From Nanobdellati archaeon (GTDB lineage Archaea > EX4484-52 > WAPT01): a stretch of DNA of 64,000 nucleotides. This document shows positions 9,247-19,805 of the stretch, one piece after another. The DNA is taken from contig JALVWC010000013.1 in assembly GCA_027038505.1 (NCBI GenBank), positions 55,795 through 119,794 of the forward strand, read 5' to 3'. Under the pieces are notes generated by a model. The model saw nothing but the letters and a program-made list of their open reading frames with translations. It did no database searches and was not told the origin of the DNA. The position numbers and the translations under genes are program-made. Positions within the stretch are counted from its first letter, which is position 1. Each line of letters opens with the position of its first letter.

Positions 9247-11118
9247 ATGCGCGTGCTCCTGCTTCACTCCGACCACATAGAGTTCGAGCCCAAGAAGAAG
9301 GCAATAAAAGGAGCTGAAGAGGTAAAGCTGGAGAAGACAAGAGTGGAAGAAGCGCTCGTTGCCTTCGTTTCCGTTGAGAAGGGCGACGAAGCGGATCCTG
9401 AAGAAGCTGCAAGCATGCTTGTGGATGAAATTGAAAATGTCGCAAAGCGGGTTGATGTTAAGAGAGTTGTGCTCTACCCCTGGGTGCATCTCACCAACGA
9501 TCCGGCTCAACCGGGAGATGCTCTGAGAATTCTGAAGATAGCCGAGGGGAAATTGAAGGATAAATTTGAGGAAGTTGTAAGAGCACCTTTTGGCTGGTAC
9601 AAGGCATTTGAGGTGAGGTGCAAGGGCCATCCTCTTGCTGAGCTGAGCAGAACGATCAGAGTGGGGGAGAAGAAGGAGAGTGAGCGGGAGGAAGAGATAA
9701 GCGAGGCTCTTAAAGCCGAGGAGAAGCTCAAATCCCAATGGTACATCATGACGCCAGATGGCGAGCTCATCCCCGTTGAAGAGTTCGACTTCTCAGAGTA
9801 TCCCGAGCTGAAGAAGTTTGCAGACTACGAAATCTCGAAGGTTAGGGCTGTTGATCAGGTACCACCTCATGTTAAGCTTATGAGAGAGATGGAGCTTGTT
9901 GACTATGAACCCGGCAGCGATGCGGGCAATCTGAGATGGTATCCGAAGGGCGAGCTCATCAAGAACCTCCTGGAAGATCATGTCACAAACATACTGTTGG
10001 AATACGGTGCGATGAAAGTCGAAACCCCGATCATGTACGATTTCAATCACCCCAATCTGTCCAAGTACCTTCACAGGTTTCCAGCAAGACAATACGTGGT
10101 CTACTCCGGGAGCGATAGGTATTTTCTGAGGTTCGCCGCATGTTTCGGACAGTATTTGATAAAGCACGACATGATAATTTCCTACAAACATCTGCCAGTA
10201 AGACTTTATGAGCTCACCCACTACAGCTTCAGGAGGGAGCAGAAAGGCGAGCTTGTGGGGTTGAGAAGGCTCAGATGCTTCACCATGCCGGATATGCACA
10301 CGCTTGTTGCGGACGTAGAGCAGGCCAAGCAAGAGTTCGTCAATCAGATGAAACTCGCTATGAAATGGATGGAGGATCTGCAGCTGGATTATGAAGTCGC
10401 GATAAGGTTTGTCAGAGACTTTTATGAGAAAAACAGAGATTTCATAAAGAGCCTTGCGAAGATGTTAAACAAACCCGTGCTCATAGAACTGTGGGAGGAG
10501 AGGCCCTTCTACTTCATCCTCAAGTTCGAGTTCAATGTGGTGGATAGCCTTGGAAAGGCATCAGCCCTATCCACCGTACAGATAGACATTGAGAATGCGG
10601 AACGCTTTGATATAACCTATGTGGATAAAGATGGGAGCAGGAAGCATCCGCTGATTCTGCATGCGAGCATAAGCGGCAGCATAGACAGGAATCTGTACGC
10701 CATCCTCGAGAGGCAGTGGATGAGGAAGGAGAGGGGCGAGAAACCCTGCTTCCCTCTGTGGATTGCGCCAACACAAGTAAGAATCTGTCCCGTTAGCGAT
10801 GAATACTTGGATCATGCGCTTCAACTTCTTGAAAAAATCAGGAAAGAGAACATAAGGGTTGATATGGACGACAGGGATATTACGCTTGCCAAGAAGATCA
10901 TGGAAGCTGAAAAAGAGTGGGTACCTTACGTTGTTGTGGTGGGAAAGAAAGAAGCGGAAACGGGAAGGCTCTCCATTCGGGTAAGGGAAAAGAACAAGCA
11001 GATCGATATGAGTGTTGAGGAGCTCATTGAAGAAATACGGGAGAAAACGAGAGGTAAGCCATTCAGACCGCTCTACCTTCCAGAGAAGCTTTCAAAAAGG
11101 CCTCAATTCGTGGGATAA
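9247..11118 (+). CDS. thrS: threonyl-tRNA synthetase, archaeal type with N-terminal editing domain
   Basis: 623 aa. Class II aaRS core plus archaeal-specific N-terminal domain. The C-terminal anticodon-binding region is typical of ThrRS. Confidence 0.85.
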   Translation: MRVLLLHSDHIEFEPKKKAIKGAEEVKLEKTRVEEALVAFVSVEKGDEADPEEAASMLVDEIENVAKRVDVKRVVLYPWVHLTNDPAQPGDALRILKIAEGKLKDKFEEVVRAPFGWYKAFEVRCKGHPLAELSRTIRVGEKKESEREEEISEALKAEEKLKSQWYIMTPDGELIPVEEFDFSEYPELKKFADYEISKVRAVDQVPPHVKLMREMELVDYEPGSDAGNLRWYPKGELIKNLLEDHVTNILLEYGAMKVETPIMYDFNHPNLSKYLHRFPARQYVVYSGSDRYFLRFAACFGQYLIKHDMIISYKHLPVRLYELTHYSFRREQKGELVGLRRLRCFTMPDMHTLVADVEQAKQEFVNQMKLAMKWMEDLQLDYEVAIRFVRDFYEKNRDFIKSLAKMLNKPVLIELWEERPFYFILKFEFNVVDSLGKASALSTVQIDIENAERFDITYVDKDGSRKHPLILHASISGSIDRNLYAILERQWMRKERGEKPCFPLWIAPTQVRICPVSDEYLDHALQLLEKIRKENIRVDMDDRDITLAKKIMEAEKEWVPYVVVVGKKEAETGRLSIRVREKNKQIDMSVEELIEEIREKTRGKPFRPLYLPEKLSKRPQFVG

Positions 11119-11207
11119 CATCCGGCTCTACAAAAAATAATGAAAATAGAAAAAGAAAAACGGTCAAAAAGTCAAAAGTTAAACCGAAATTTCGAATGTT
11201 CTGATCG

Positions 11208-11858
11208 TCACTTCTTTCTTGACCTCGTCTGTTTGCCGCCGGTCTGAATGTACTCCTTAATGTAGCTCTCTGCGACTTCTGCCACAAGGTCCTTGAGTCC
11301 AAGCCCGATTGCCAAAGCTATTCCAAAGGCAAACGCACCGACTATCAGCAACAGCAGATAGTTCAGGAGAGCCGTTGGTATGTGCAGCAGCTGAAGTGAG
11401 ATTGTTATGCCGACGTAGAGTATGAAGAGGAATATCAGCTTCCCTAGCATGTTGCCGTAGAATTCCTTTGTTCTGAAGATGTCGTCCTTGATGTAAAGTC
11501 CTATGCCGTAGCTTCCAAGAAGCACTGCCGCCGCGCCTATGATTCCCGGCACTATTACTATGATACTATTTAGAAGATTTACGAGTGCTGTTATCTTTGC
11601 AATCTCCGCTGCATACTCCAAGAAGTACAGGATGGTCACCCACTTAAAGATCAGCGCAAATATGAAAGCCACGCTTAAATACGTTCTCTCCTTGTAGAAC
11701 TTTTCTATTGTTGTCCTGCTGAGCAGCTTGAATGTCACTGTCTCAACCACCTTGCCCGCTATGTAACCGCCCACGAGCACCAGCGCTGCCAGCACAAGGT
11801 TCGGTATGTATGCTATGAGCTTCTGAACGAATGTTGTTGCAATCTCTCCTAACGGCAT
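11208..11858 (-). CDS. membrane protein built from conserved TM-helix repeats (MscS-associated TM_helix type)
   Basis: Three repeats of the pattern IPNLVLAALVLVGGYIAGKVVETV, VPGIIGAAAVLLGSYGIGLYIKDDIF and IPTALLNYLLLLIVGAFAFGIALAIGLGLKDLV. Basic C-terminus. Confidence 0.45.
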   Translation of the reverse strand: MPLGEIATTFVQKLIAYIPNLVLAALVLVGGYIAGKVVETVTFKLLSRTTIEKFYKERTYLSVAFIFALIFKWVTILYFLEYAAEIAKITALVNLLNSIIVIVPGIIGAAAVLLGSYGIGLYIKDDIFRTKEFYGNMLGKLIFLFILYVGITISLQLLHIPTALLNYLLLLIVGAFAFGIALAIGLGLKDLVAEVAESYIKEYIQTGGKQTRSRKK

Positions 11859-11935
11859 TCAAACACCACCTCGGGTATTTTGGGCTTTTGAAAGTGTATA
11901 TTGAATTGTATAGGCGAGATGCTTTATAAGTTTTT

Positions 11936-13042
11936 GTGCCGGAAAATGTGGGTATGAATGATGTGCTGAGATTTATTGAAAAAAGAAAAGAAGATCACCT
12001 AAAGCTCTGCATGAGAGAGGATATTGAGGCGGATATTTCTCCCGGGTTTGATGAGGTTCATCTAATACATAATGCGCTGCCAGAAATGGATATGGATGAT
12101 GTTGATGCCTCCTGCAGAATGTTCGGAAAAAAGATGAACGCTCCGATTGTGATAGAAGCAATCACGGGCGGGGCTAAAATAGCACGTAAGGTGAACGTGA
12201 ACCTTGCCAGAGCAGCAGAAGAATGCGGTATAGCGATGGGTGTCGGATCTGTAAGGGCCGCAATAGAGAATAAGGAGCTATGGTACACCTATCAAGTGAG
12301 GGATGTTGCTCCCTCCATACCCCTGATTTCAAATCTTGGAATCGTGCAGTTCTCCAACGGCTACGGGCTGGAGGAGATGGTCGAAGCTGTGGAGAGAATG
12401 GATGCCGATGCCATAGCACTTCACCTTAATCCGCTGCAGGAGGCTGTGCAGCCTGAAGGGGACAGAAAGTGGAGAAATGCGCTCAGCGTTGTTGAGGACA
12501 TAATAAAACATGTCAGCTTCCCCATCATAGCTAAGGAAACGGGGGCCGGCATATCGAGAGAGGTTGCCGTCAGGATTGAAAAAGCGGGCTTCAGCATGAT
12601 TGATGTTGGCGGTGCGGGAGGAACTTCCTTTGCCTATGTGGAGCACCTACGCCAGAAGGAAAATGATCTGGGCGTGGTGTTCAAAAACTGGGGAATCCCC
12701 ACAGCAATATCCGTTGTTGAGTGTGTCCTTTCAACCAACCTGCCTGTGATCGCCTCCGGCGGTGTGAGGAGCGGTGTGGATGGTGGGAAAGCGATAGCGC
12801 TCGGTGCAAGCTACTTTGGAGGGGCAAGACCATTTCTCAAGGCCGCAATGGAAAGTCATGAGGAAGTTAAAAAAATCATAGAGAGATGGATAAAGGAGCT
12901 CAAAATGCTTATGTTCCTGGTGGGTGCAAAGAACATTGAGGAACTGAAAAAGAAAAATGTAATCATAACGGGATTTGTAAAGGAGTGGCTGGAGGCAAGA
13001 GGCGTCAACATCAGCGCGTTTGCCACCAGAGAACAAGAATAA
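11936..13042 (+). CDS. fni: isopentenyl-diphosphate delta-isomerase type 2 (FMN-dependent)
   Basis: TIM-barrel FMN protein with GAGGTSFAYVEHLR and IASGGVRSGVDGGKAIALGA motifs. Confidence 0.85.
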   Translation: MPENVGMNDVLRFIEKRKEDHLKLCMREDIEADISPGFDEVHLIHNALPEMDMDDVDASCRMFGKKMNAPIVIEAITGGAKIARKVNVNLARAAEECGIAMGVGSVRAAIENKELWYTYQVRDVAPSIPLISNLGIVQFSNGYGLEEMVEAVERMDADAIALHLNPLQEAVQPEGDRKWRNALSVVEDIIKHVSFPIIAKETGAGISREVAVRIEKAGFSMIDVGGAGGTSFAYVEHLRQKENDLGVVFKNWGIPTAISVVECVLSTNLPVIASGGVRSGVDGGKAIALGASYFGGARPFLKAAMESHEEVKKIIERWIKELKMLMFLVGAKNIEELKKKNVIITGFVKEWLEARGVNISAFATREQE

Positions 13043-13081
13043 TACATGGAAAGTATTTGGAAATTCTCTGAATATAAAAAA

Positions 13082-13273
13082 TCAGAACTTTCTGTTTTTG
13101 ACTATCCTTACCATGTAACCGGCCACTCTATTTCTTGTTTTTTTTGTTGGGATTATGTTGAGTTTTTTAAGAACATTTTTGTTGTGCTCAAAATCAGCAG
13201 TAAATAGCTCCGGGTACTTCTCCACAAGTCTCCTTGCGATCTTCTTAACCATTGCTGTTCTTATTCTTCCCAT
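13082..13273 (-). CDS. rps17e: ribosomal protein S17e (eS17)
   Basis: MGRIRTAMVKKIARRLVEKYPELFTADFEHNKNVLKKLNIIPTKKTRNRVAGYMVRIVK is the typical eS17 sequence. Confidence 0.85.
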   Translation of the reverse strand: MGRIRTAMVKKIARRLVEKYPELFTADFEHNKNVLKKLNIIPTKKTRNRVAGYMVRIVKNRKF

Positions 13274-13297
13274 GCGTCACCACCACACCAAACTTCT

Positions 13298-14395
13298 TTG
13301 AGCCTTACCTTTAAAAATCTTCTCCCTAACACAGGATGTATGAGCAGTTCAAGGCCAAAGCTTTTTGTTTCCGTTTCTCCTCTGGGAATTTTCGTCGTTG
13401 ATGAAGCTGAAAAAATTGTGCATGAATTCATTTTTGAAAAAGATCCTGAGATGGTGGCGAGAAAACTTCTCGAAACTTCGGGTAAGCGGCTGAGCGATGA
13501 TGAAAGGGAGATCGTGGAGCGCTTCTCCCCATCTTATGAGGTGGTGTTCGAAAGGGAAAAGGAGGCACAGGCATTCCAGTTTCCGAACCCTGCAGGCAAA
13601 CAGGTCAGGAAAAACTTGTTCAGCATTGCCAGAAAGCACGGTTTTTCAAAGGACAAAAAATCCTTTGTCAGGTTCATGAGCGAGGTAGCTTATAATTACA
13701 CCAAACTCAGGCTTAAATCATCACAGTACCTTGACAGATATATCATACACCTTGCCGAAGCGATAGAGGAACTTGATAAGGCCATAAATCTTCTCGTTGT
13801 GAGATTGAGGGAATGGTACGGCATGTACTATCCCGAGTTTGTAAGGACGGAAGAGAATGAGGAAATAGTGAAGTATGTTGTGAAGAAACTGTACAGGGAT
13901 GAAGACAGCGTCGGGTTTGACATGAAGAATGATGAACTTGAGGTCATACAAAAATTTGCCTCGAGGATAGAGGACCTGTACAGATTGAGAGAGGAACTCA
14001 AAGCTGAGCTCAAGCGTAAGATGGAAGAGCTAATGCCGAACACAACTCACATCATCGGGGCGGAGATAGCCGCAAAGCTTTTAACGCTTGCAGGTAGCTT
14101 CGAGAAGCTTGCAAAGTTGCCTTCGTCCACCATTCAGGTGCTTGGAGCTGAAAAGGCTCTTTTCCGCTACCTGAGCGGAAAGGGAAAGTCCCCCAAGCAC
14201 GGGATCATATTTCTGACGCCGTACATCCAGAGAGTTCCTAAGAGAATGAGGGGCAAGATGGCAAGAAAGCTCGCGAGCAAAATAGCCATAGCGGTTAAGC
14301 TCGATTACTTTAACCCGGAGAAGTTTGAGGGGGACAAACTCAAAGCTGAGCTTGAAGATGAGATGAGGAGACTCCAGAAGGGAGGGGAAGCATGA
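13298..14395 (+). CDS. nop5: C/D box snoRNP protein Nop5 (Nop56/58)
   Basis: N-terminal NOP5NT, coiled-coil and Nop domain (GAEKALFRYLSGKGKSPKHGIIF). Real start may be the ATG at 13340. Translationally coupled to fibrillarin. Confidence 0.85.
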   Translation: MSLTFKNLLPNTGCMSSSRPKLFVSVSPLGIFVVDEAEKIVHEFIFEKDPEMVARKLLETSGKRLSDDEREIVERFSPSYEVVFEREKEAQAFQFPNPAGKQVRKNLFSIARKHGFSKDKKSFVRFMSEVAYNYTKLRLKSSQYLDRYIIHLAEAIEELDKAINLLVVRLREWYGMYYPEFVRTEENEEIVKYVVKKLYRDEDSVGFDMKNDELEVIQKFASRIEDLYRLREELKAELKRKMEELMPNTTHIIGAEIAAKLLTLAGSFEKLAKLPSSTIQVLGAEKALFRYLSGKGKSPKHGIIFLTPYIQRVPKRMRGKMARKLASKIAIAVKLDYFNPEKFEGDKLKAELEDEMRRLQKGGEA

Positions 14396-15042
14396 AGCTG
14401 CCTCAAAATATGATAAGAATTGGAAAGCACTTCGCAACCCTTGACGTGTGGAAGCAACAGGTTTATGATGAACAGATAATGGTGAGGGGTGGGAAGCGCT
14501 ACAGATTGTGGAATCCAAGGAAAAGCAAGCTCTGCGCAGCCCTTCATAGGGGTCTCAAATTTCTCCCTCTCGATAGAGGTACGAAGGTTCTATATCTTGG
14601 TGTAGCTTCGGGAACGACGGCAAGCCACATTTCGGATATTGTGGATAAGGAAGGCATAATATACGGTGTGGAGTTTTCTTCGAGGGTGATAAGAGATCTC
14701 ATGCTCATATGTAAAAAAAGAAAAAACATAGCCCCGATTTTGGGGGATGCCAGGATTCCTGCTGAATACGCACACCTTGTTGAGGAAGTTGATGTCATAT
14801 ATGAAGATGTTGCTCAACCCGACCAGATAGAGATACTGATGAGAAATGCTGAAGCGTTTCTCAAAAAGAAGGGATGGGTGATGATAGCGGTAAAAGCGAG
14901 AAGCATAGATGTCAGCAAGCAACCGAAGCGGATCTTTAAGGAGTGCAGGAAAAAGCTGGAAGAAATGTTTGAGATAAAGGCGGAGCTCAGACTTGATCCG
15001 TTCGAGAAGGATCACGCGTTCTTTGTGGGGATTATGAAGTAA
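14392..15042 (+). CDS. flpA: fibrillarin, rRNA/tRNA 2'-O-methyltransferase
   Basis: KVLYLGVASGTTASHISDIV SAM-binding motif. Start overlaps the nop5 stop. Confidence 0.9.
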   Translation: MKLPQNMIRIGKHFATLDVWKQQVYDEQIMVRGGKRYRLWNPRKSKLCAALHRGLKFLPLDRGTKVLYLGVASGTTASHISDIVDKEGIIYGVEFSSRVIRDLMLICKKRKNIAPILGDARIPAEYAHLVEEVDVIYEDVAQPDQIEILMRNAEAFLKKKGWVMIAVKARSIDVSKQPKRIFKECRKKLEEMFEIKAELRLDPFEKDHAFFVGIMK

Positions 15043-15200
15043 TTGATATTGATGGTTATTCCTGTATTTGTCTGTTCATACTGAAAAATTTGCTTGCCGA
15101 TCTAAGCCTGCGTGCTTTCTTCTATACTGAATGATTTTGTGGGGGACATTACATCTTAAATTCCAAAAACTTAATAAACAGGAAAGTCCTATGGATTTAC

Positions 15201-16229
15201 ATGCTTGCGTTTATTAAGGAGGTCTGCGAGATTAAGAGCATGAATTCTTCGGGAAGAGAGGAGGTGAGCACTCTTGAAATCAGACACGATCCGCTCACGG
15301 GGAGAAAGGCAAGGATAAACGTCACGAGAGCAAAGAGACCGCACGTCGTTACTGCGCTTGCCGAAAATGAAGGGGAAGCAACAGAGAACAATATGTGCAT
15401 TTTTTGTGAGGAAAGGTGGGATGAAACGCTTCAGAGATTTGCGGAGGAGGGAATCGGAGGGAAAAAAGGGAGGATTATCGTCGGCTCAGGCAAGAGCAAG
15501 GTTGTTCTTGTGCCCAACAAGTATCCTTTTGCAAAGAACCATACCATTGTTGTGCTTGGAGGGAATCACGAGACGCGGATATCGAGAATACACAAACAGA
15601 CCTGGATAAACGCGTTCCTTGCGATCCGCAAATATTACGAATGTCTCACATCGAAGCACGGCAGACAGTACATCTACATCAACCTTAACTTCATGCATCC
15701 CGCGGGAGCTTCGATAGAGCACCCGCACATGCAGGTTGTTTGCGAGGACTCCGTGCTTTATGCGCATCATCTACTTATAGAAGCTTCAAAAAAATTCAGA
15801 AAAAAGCACGGAAAGTGCTATTGGAACCTGCTGAGAAAGGAGGACAAGGAGAGGTTCGCCGGAAGCGGAGATTATTTTGATTTCGTGTGCAGCTTTGCTC
15901 CCGTGGCGAACGCTGAAACGTACGGGATAGGGAAGAGAAAGCCCCTTGACGGGCACACCAAAGAGGAAGTCAAAAAAATGGCATCCGATTTCTTCAGGAT
16001 GCTCAGAGCTTATGAAAATGCCGGATTCAAAAGCATGAACGCGACGATAATGTTCCCTCTTACCACAAAGGAGGCAGAAGCTCTTCCCGTTTTTGCAAGG
16101 TTTATTGTCAGACCGGATCCGAAGCCACATTACACCTGCGATAGAGGATTTATAGAAATTTTCCACGAGGAACCCGTTATCCACATACTGCCCGAGGAGC
16201 TTGCGGAAAAGCTCAGCAAACTTCTATGA
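15201..16229 (+). CDS. galactose-1-phosphate uridylyltransferase family (GalT-like, HIT superfamily branch III) nucleotidyltransferase
   Basis: CIFCEER zinc motif near the N-terminus and HPHMQV (H-x-H-x-Q) active-site motif. 342 aa, similar to GalT length. Confidence 0.55.
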   Translation: MLAFIKEVCEIKSMNSSGREEVSTLEIRHDPLTGRKARINVTRAKRPHVVTALAENEGEATENNMCIFCEERWDETLQRFAEEGIGGKKGRIIVGSGKSKVVLVPNKYPFAKNHTIVVLGGNHETRISRIHKQTWINAFLAIRKYYECLTSKHGRQYIYINLNFMHPAGASIEHPHMQVVCEDSVLYAHHLLIEASKKFRKKHGKCYWNLLRKEDKERFAGSGDYFDFVCSFAPVANAETYGIGKRKPLDGHTKEEVKKMASDFFRMLRAYENAGFKSMNATIMFPLTTKEAEALPVFARFIVRPDPKPHYTCDRGFIEIFHEEPVIHILPEELAEKLSKLL

Positions 16230-16267
16230 CCTTATTAACTTACTTTTCAGCAGGGTGACGAAGCGTT

Positions 16268-16714
16268 ATGAAATATGTGATAGCTCACGACATAAGAGAG
16301 CTTGCGGAAGACGTTGTGAAAACGCTGGGCTGGGAGTACATAGACCTCGGCAGAGTGATATTTCTAAGGAGTTACGGTTCATCATCGAAAAGGGTTGTTG
16401 CAAGATGCCACGGGCTTGGCAGGATATGGCAAAAAGCGCTGGGGCTCAAACCCCACTACATCATCGAAGTTATTTCTGAAAACTTTGACAATCTCAATCC
16501 CGAGGAAAAGGTGAAAACTGTGATTCATGAACTGATGCACATACCCAAATGTTTTGGCGGGGGGTTCAGGCACCACGACTGGGTAAATCCGAGAAATGTT
16601 AAAAGATATACAGATCTTTACCTAAGCAGAGTAAAGGAAACGGAAAATCACGGATCATCCCGCAAAATTCTCGGAAAAAGTCTCAGATCTTTACCTCCCT
16701 CTCCATCCCGATAG
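16268..16714 (+). CDS. HExxH metallopeptidase-like protein (SprT/COG1451-like)
   Basis: HELMHIPKCFGGGFRHHDW zinc-binding motif. 148 aa. Confidence 0.4.
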   Translation: MKYVIAHDIRELAEDVVKTLGWEYIDLGRVIFLRSYGSSSKRVVARCHGLGRIWQKALGLKPHYIIEVISENFDNLNPEEKVKTVIHELMHIPKCFGGGFRHHDWVNPRNVKRYTDLYLSRVKETENHGSSRKILGKSLRSLPPSPSR

Positions 16715-18665
16715 CATCGTGGATTCCGTCCAGCACCCTGAGCCAGTAATGTTTCGCTGCCAGCCACTTGTCCTTGCGGAACATCTCCACCCACTTCTCC
16801 AGCTCCTTATTCTGCTTATCACCCTCGTAAAGTTTCTCTATGTGTTTCCATATTACATCCACAACCCTTTCCGAGTCCCAGAATGTGGGCTTGAGACCGC
16901 ATCTCTCATCATACAGCCAGATCCTTGCAGCGAGCCTTCTGTGATGCTCGTAGAAGTTTATGTTAGTCTCAAAAGCCTCATTGACCATGCGCTCTATTGT
17001 CTTCTCGCTCCACCCCCGATGGAACCTGCAGAGCCCGTTGTTGGTGGAGTAAAGCTCCTTTATCGTGCGCTCTCCGCTCTTCCTCCCGAGCTCGTATGGT
17101 TCGAGCCACTCAGCATGGTAATATGTGAGGAACTTGCCCTGAATGGGCAACGGAATGAAAAAGCCAGGAACCCAGTACTGGCAGGGAGCTATCTCTCCAT
17201 CCTCTCCGTAAGGTGTGTAAACGGCAAAGTCCTTGAACTCTCCTTCGTGAGCGGGGTGATGGAACATTGATTCAAGGTCTTCAGCCGCAGCTCTTATGCC
17301 CTGCGCGAAGATTTTACCGAGATCCTCTCCATAAGCTATCTTTTCAACGAGTTTCACGGCAATCTCAGCGTTGTGGAAAGATGCTTTTACGTCCAGCCTG
17401 TCAATATCGAATACGGGTTTCTTTTTCAGATCAAAATCCTCTGGCTTCAGCATGTTGCGGTGCATGAGCTCCATTATCCAGGAGACTATGGTACCCGCCT
17501 GTATGGCATCAAATCCGAGCTCGTCCACCTTCTCCACCACCGTGTCCGCTGCCTTCATATCAACAATCCCGGAGTTGGGCCCGTTAGCCTCATAGGGTTC
17601 GTAATCCCTCTTGTAGTCCGAATATTTTTTGCACACGAGCGGGCACGGCTCTCCACAGTTCATGAATTTTCTCGGTTTGATAATCTCCTCATTAAACTGT
17701 TTGAGATAATGATTCTTTATCAGCTTCTCGTACACTTCCCTCCTCTTCTCCTCACTCCAGTACACGGAGGTCCAGTTGAGGAAGAGCATCCATGATCCCA
17801 GAGTGGAGAAGTTTACCCCGTATGTTCCTCCCGAGCCAACGGCGGGATCGTAATGGTATTTTTTACCCTTCTCCATAATGACTTCTATCATTCTTTTTCC
17901 AAACTCCTCCTCAAAGATCCTCTCCACAAATTGCTGATCGCTCAGCTTCTCGTGTTTGTGACAATCGTTCCCACCGTAAATTACCGCAACAACACCGTGA
18001 GCCTGAGCCATAACGCTGCCCAGGCCACCCCTTCCGGCAAATTCATTTATGCCATCAAGCATCTTGCCATCTCTTATGACTGTGGAGCATATAGCTCCGT
18101 AGGATGTATTGAGCGCTGCCGGTCCCACGGCAAGAACCCTGAACGGGATGTTGTTATCAGCGAACACATCTCCGTAGTTGTCTATAACGTACTGCTGAAG
18201 AGCGTAAAGGCCGCGCTTGCCCCTGTAGCCACCGTAGATGGCAAGCAGCTGGTCATTGTCCATCTCGAAGAACTCCACATTGAGTTTGCCGTTTATGTTG
18301 GAGATTCTTAGTATGAGAGGTGTGCTGCTTTCTCCCTCTATCGAACAGAAGTTAACATTCAACCCGCAAAAAACGTAGCCTGCTCCGCCCATGGTGGATG
18401 TAAAGAACCCTTTCCAGATGGGGGATCTCGCACAGAAGATCAGGCGGTGCGTGCCCGGAATATTGGATGCTGCGAGCGGTCCAACTCCGAAGATGAGAGC
18501 ATTTTTTGGATTGATCGGATGGTGACGCCACGACTCGTATCTGTTCAGGTGCATTTCAACAGCAAAGTCAACGACACCCAGAATTCTTTCGTCCTCAACC
18601 TCTTCAATCCTCCAGTTTCTGTTGCCGGTATCGATGAACAGTGCTTTTCGTTTTGGCATCGCCAT
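16683..18665 (-). CDS. tungsten-containing aldehyde:ferredoxin oxidoreductase family protein (AOR/GAPOR-like)
   Basis: 660 aa. N-terminal AFOR_N-like region (IFGVGPLAASNIPGTHRLIFCARSPIWKG...GGAGYVF). Length and composition fit the AOR family. Confidence 0.7.
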   Translation of the reverse strand: MAMPKRKALFIDTGNRNWRIEEVEDERILGVVDFAVEMHLNRYESWRHHPINPKNALIFGVGPLAASNIPGTHRLIFCARSPIWKGFFTSTMGGAGYVFCGLNVNFCSIEGESSTPLILRISNINGKLNVEFFEMDNDQLLAIYGGYRGKRGLYALQQYVIDNYGDVFADNNIPFRVLAVGPAALNTSYGAICSTVIRDGKMLDGINEFAGRGGLGSVMAQAHGVVAVIYGGNDCHKHEKLSDQQFVERIFEEEFGKRMIEVIMEKGKKYHYDPAVGSGGTYGVNFSTLGSWMLFLNWTSVYWSEEKRREVYEKLIKNHYLKQFNEEIIKPRKFMNCGEPCPLVCKKYSDYKRDYEPYEANGPNSGIVDMKAADTVVEKVDELGFDAIQAGTIVSWIMELMHRNMLKPEDFDLKKKPVFDIDRLDVKASFHNAEIAVKLVEKIAYGEDLGKIFAQGIRAAAEDLESMFHHPAHEGEFKDFAVYTPYGEDGEIAPCQYWVPGFFIPLPIQGKFLTYYHAEWLEPYELGRKSGERTIKELYSTNNGLCRFHRGWSEKTIERMVNEAFETNINFYEHHRRLAARIWLYDERCGLKPTFWDSERVVDVIWKHIEKLYEGDKQNKELEKWVEMFRKDKWLAAKHYWLRVLDGIHDAIGMEREVKI

Positions 18666-18683
18666 GGGATTGTAATTGGTGGA

Positions 18684-18704
18684 AAAACCATATAAAGGTT
18701 TTTG
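18684..18704. promoter_or_regulatory. 7-bp inverted repeat flanking a TATA box in the divergent AOR / rpiB promoter region
   Basis: AAAAACC-ATATAAA-GGTTTTT, centred on ATATAAAG. Confidence 0.35.
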
Positions 18705-18768
18705 TCTAGTTCCAAGACTTCATGATATGTGCCCACCTTATTTAAAATTTTATATGCGCTTTATCTTT

Positions 18769-19284
18769 ATGAGGGTTCTGATAGCCAGCGATCACGCGGG
18801 CTTTGAGATGAAGAAAGCGCTTGTCGGCTTTCTCAAAGAAAAGGGCTATGATGTTGTTGATCTCGGCCCCTATGAGTACGATGCTGAAGACGATTTTGTT
18901 GATTACGCGGAAAAGCTCTGCAGAAAGCTTCTGGAGGAAAAGGAAAGTGAGGATAGCAATGAAGACATAAGGGGGGTTCTCATCTGCGGATCCGGTCAGG
19001 GTATGTGCATAGCCGCAAATAAGTTCCCGGGCATTTACGCTGCTCAAATATGGGACGAGAGAAGCGCGAGGATAGCGGTTGAGCATGATAATGCGAATGT
19101 CGCCTGCTTGGCGGGCAGGTTTCTGGAAGAGGGTGTGGCAAAAAAAACTGTTGAAGCTTTTCTGCATGCGAGGTTCGGAAGGAAGGAAAAAAGGATCAGA
19201 AGGGTTGAGAAGATTAAAAAACTCGAGAGGGAGTTTATGAAAAGGCATGGCTGCGGTGTAACGGATGCCCGTGATAGGGATTGA
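18769..19284 (+). CDS. rpiB: ribose-5-phosphate isomerase B (RpiB/LacAB family) with basic C-terminal extension
   Basis: MRVLIASDHAGFEMKKALVGFLKEKGYDVVDLG is the RpiB N-terminus. I placed the start at the ATG at 18769 rather than the track's 18676. Confidence 0.7.
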   Translation: MRVLIASDHAGFEMKKALVGFLKEKGYDVVDLGPYEYDAEDDFVDYAEKLCRKLLEEKESEDSNEDIRGVLICGSGQGMCIAANKFPGIYAAQIWDERSARIAVEHDNANVACLAGRFLEEGVAKKTVEAFLHARFGRKEKRIRRVEKIKKLEREFMKRHGCGVTDARDRD

Positions 19285-19771
19285 TCTCGCGGGTAAGGAG
19301 AAAAACGATACAGGGATCTGTATTTACTTTCTCAAACAGCTGGGTGATGAAGAGCAGAAAATCGTAACATTCACCATGCACACCGATGGGGAAATTCTGA
19401 GGGTCATCAGCAGGTTCAAACCGGTTGTGGTTGCGATCGATGCTCCCCTTTCCCTTCCCGAGGAGGGTGAGGGTGCCTTTAGAACCTGTGATCGCATGCT
19501 GATCCAGCGCGGGTACAGAGTGTTGCCTCCCGTTTTCAGAGGTATGAGAATTCTTGTGGAAAGGGCGATGAGGCTGAAGGAGACGATAGAAAAGGGACAC
19601 AGCATCAAAATTATAGAAACGTTTCCAAGGGCTGTGCAGGAGATCTACGGCATTGAAAAACAAAAGGGTGTCAGTGAACACGAGTTCGATGCTTTTCTGT
19701 GTGCTCTCGCAGCAAAAGCTTATGTGGAAGGAAAATATGAGGATCTCCAAGGCATAATACTTCCAAAATAA
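19265..19771 (+). CDS. DUF429 family protein (predicted RNase H-like nuclease)
   Basis: IGIDLAGKEKNDTGICIY...VVAIDAPLSLP pattern of DUF429. Confidence 0.5.
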   Translation: MPVIGIDLAGKEKNDTGICIYFLKQLGDEEQKIVTFTMHTDGEILRVISRFKPVVVAIDAPLSLPEEGEGAFRTCDRMLIQRGYRVLPPVFRGMRILVERAMRLKETIEKGHSIKIIETFPRAVQEIYGIEKQKGVSEHEFDAFLCALAAKAYVEGKYEDLQGIILPK

Positions 19772-19805
19772 AATAATGAGTGATGAATGAAAGAAAACGC
19801 GGGCT

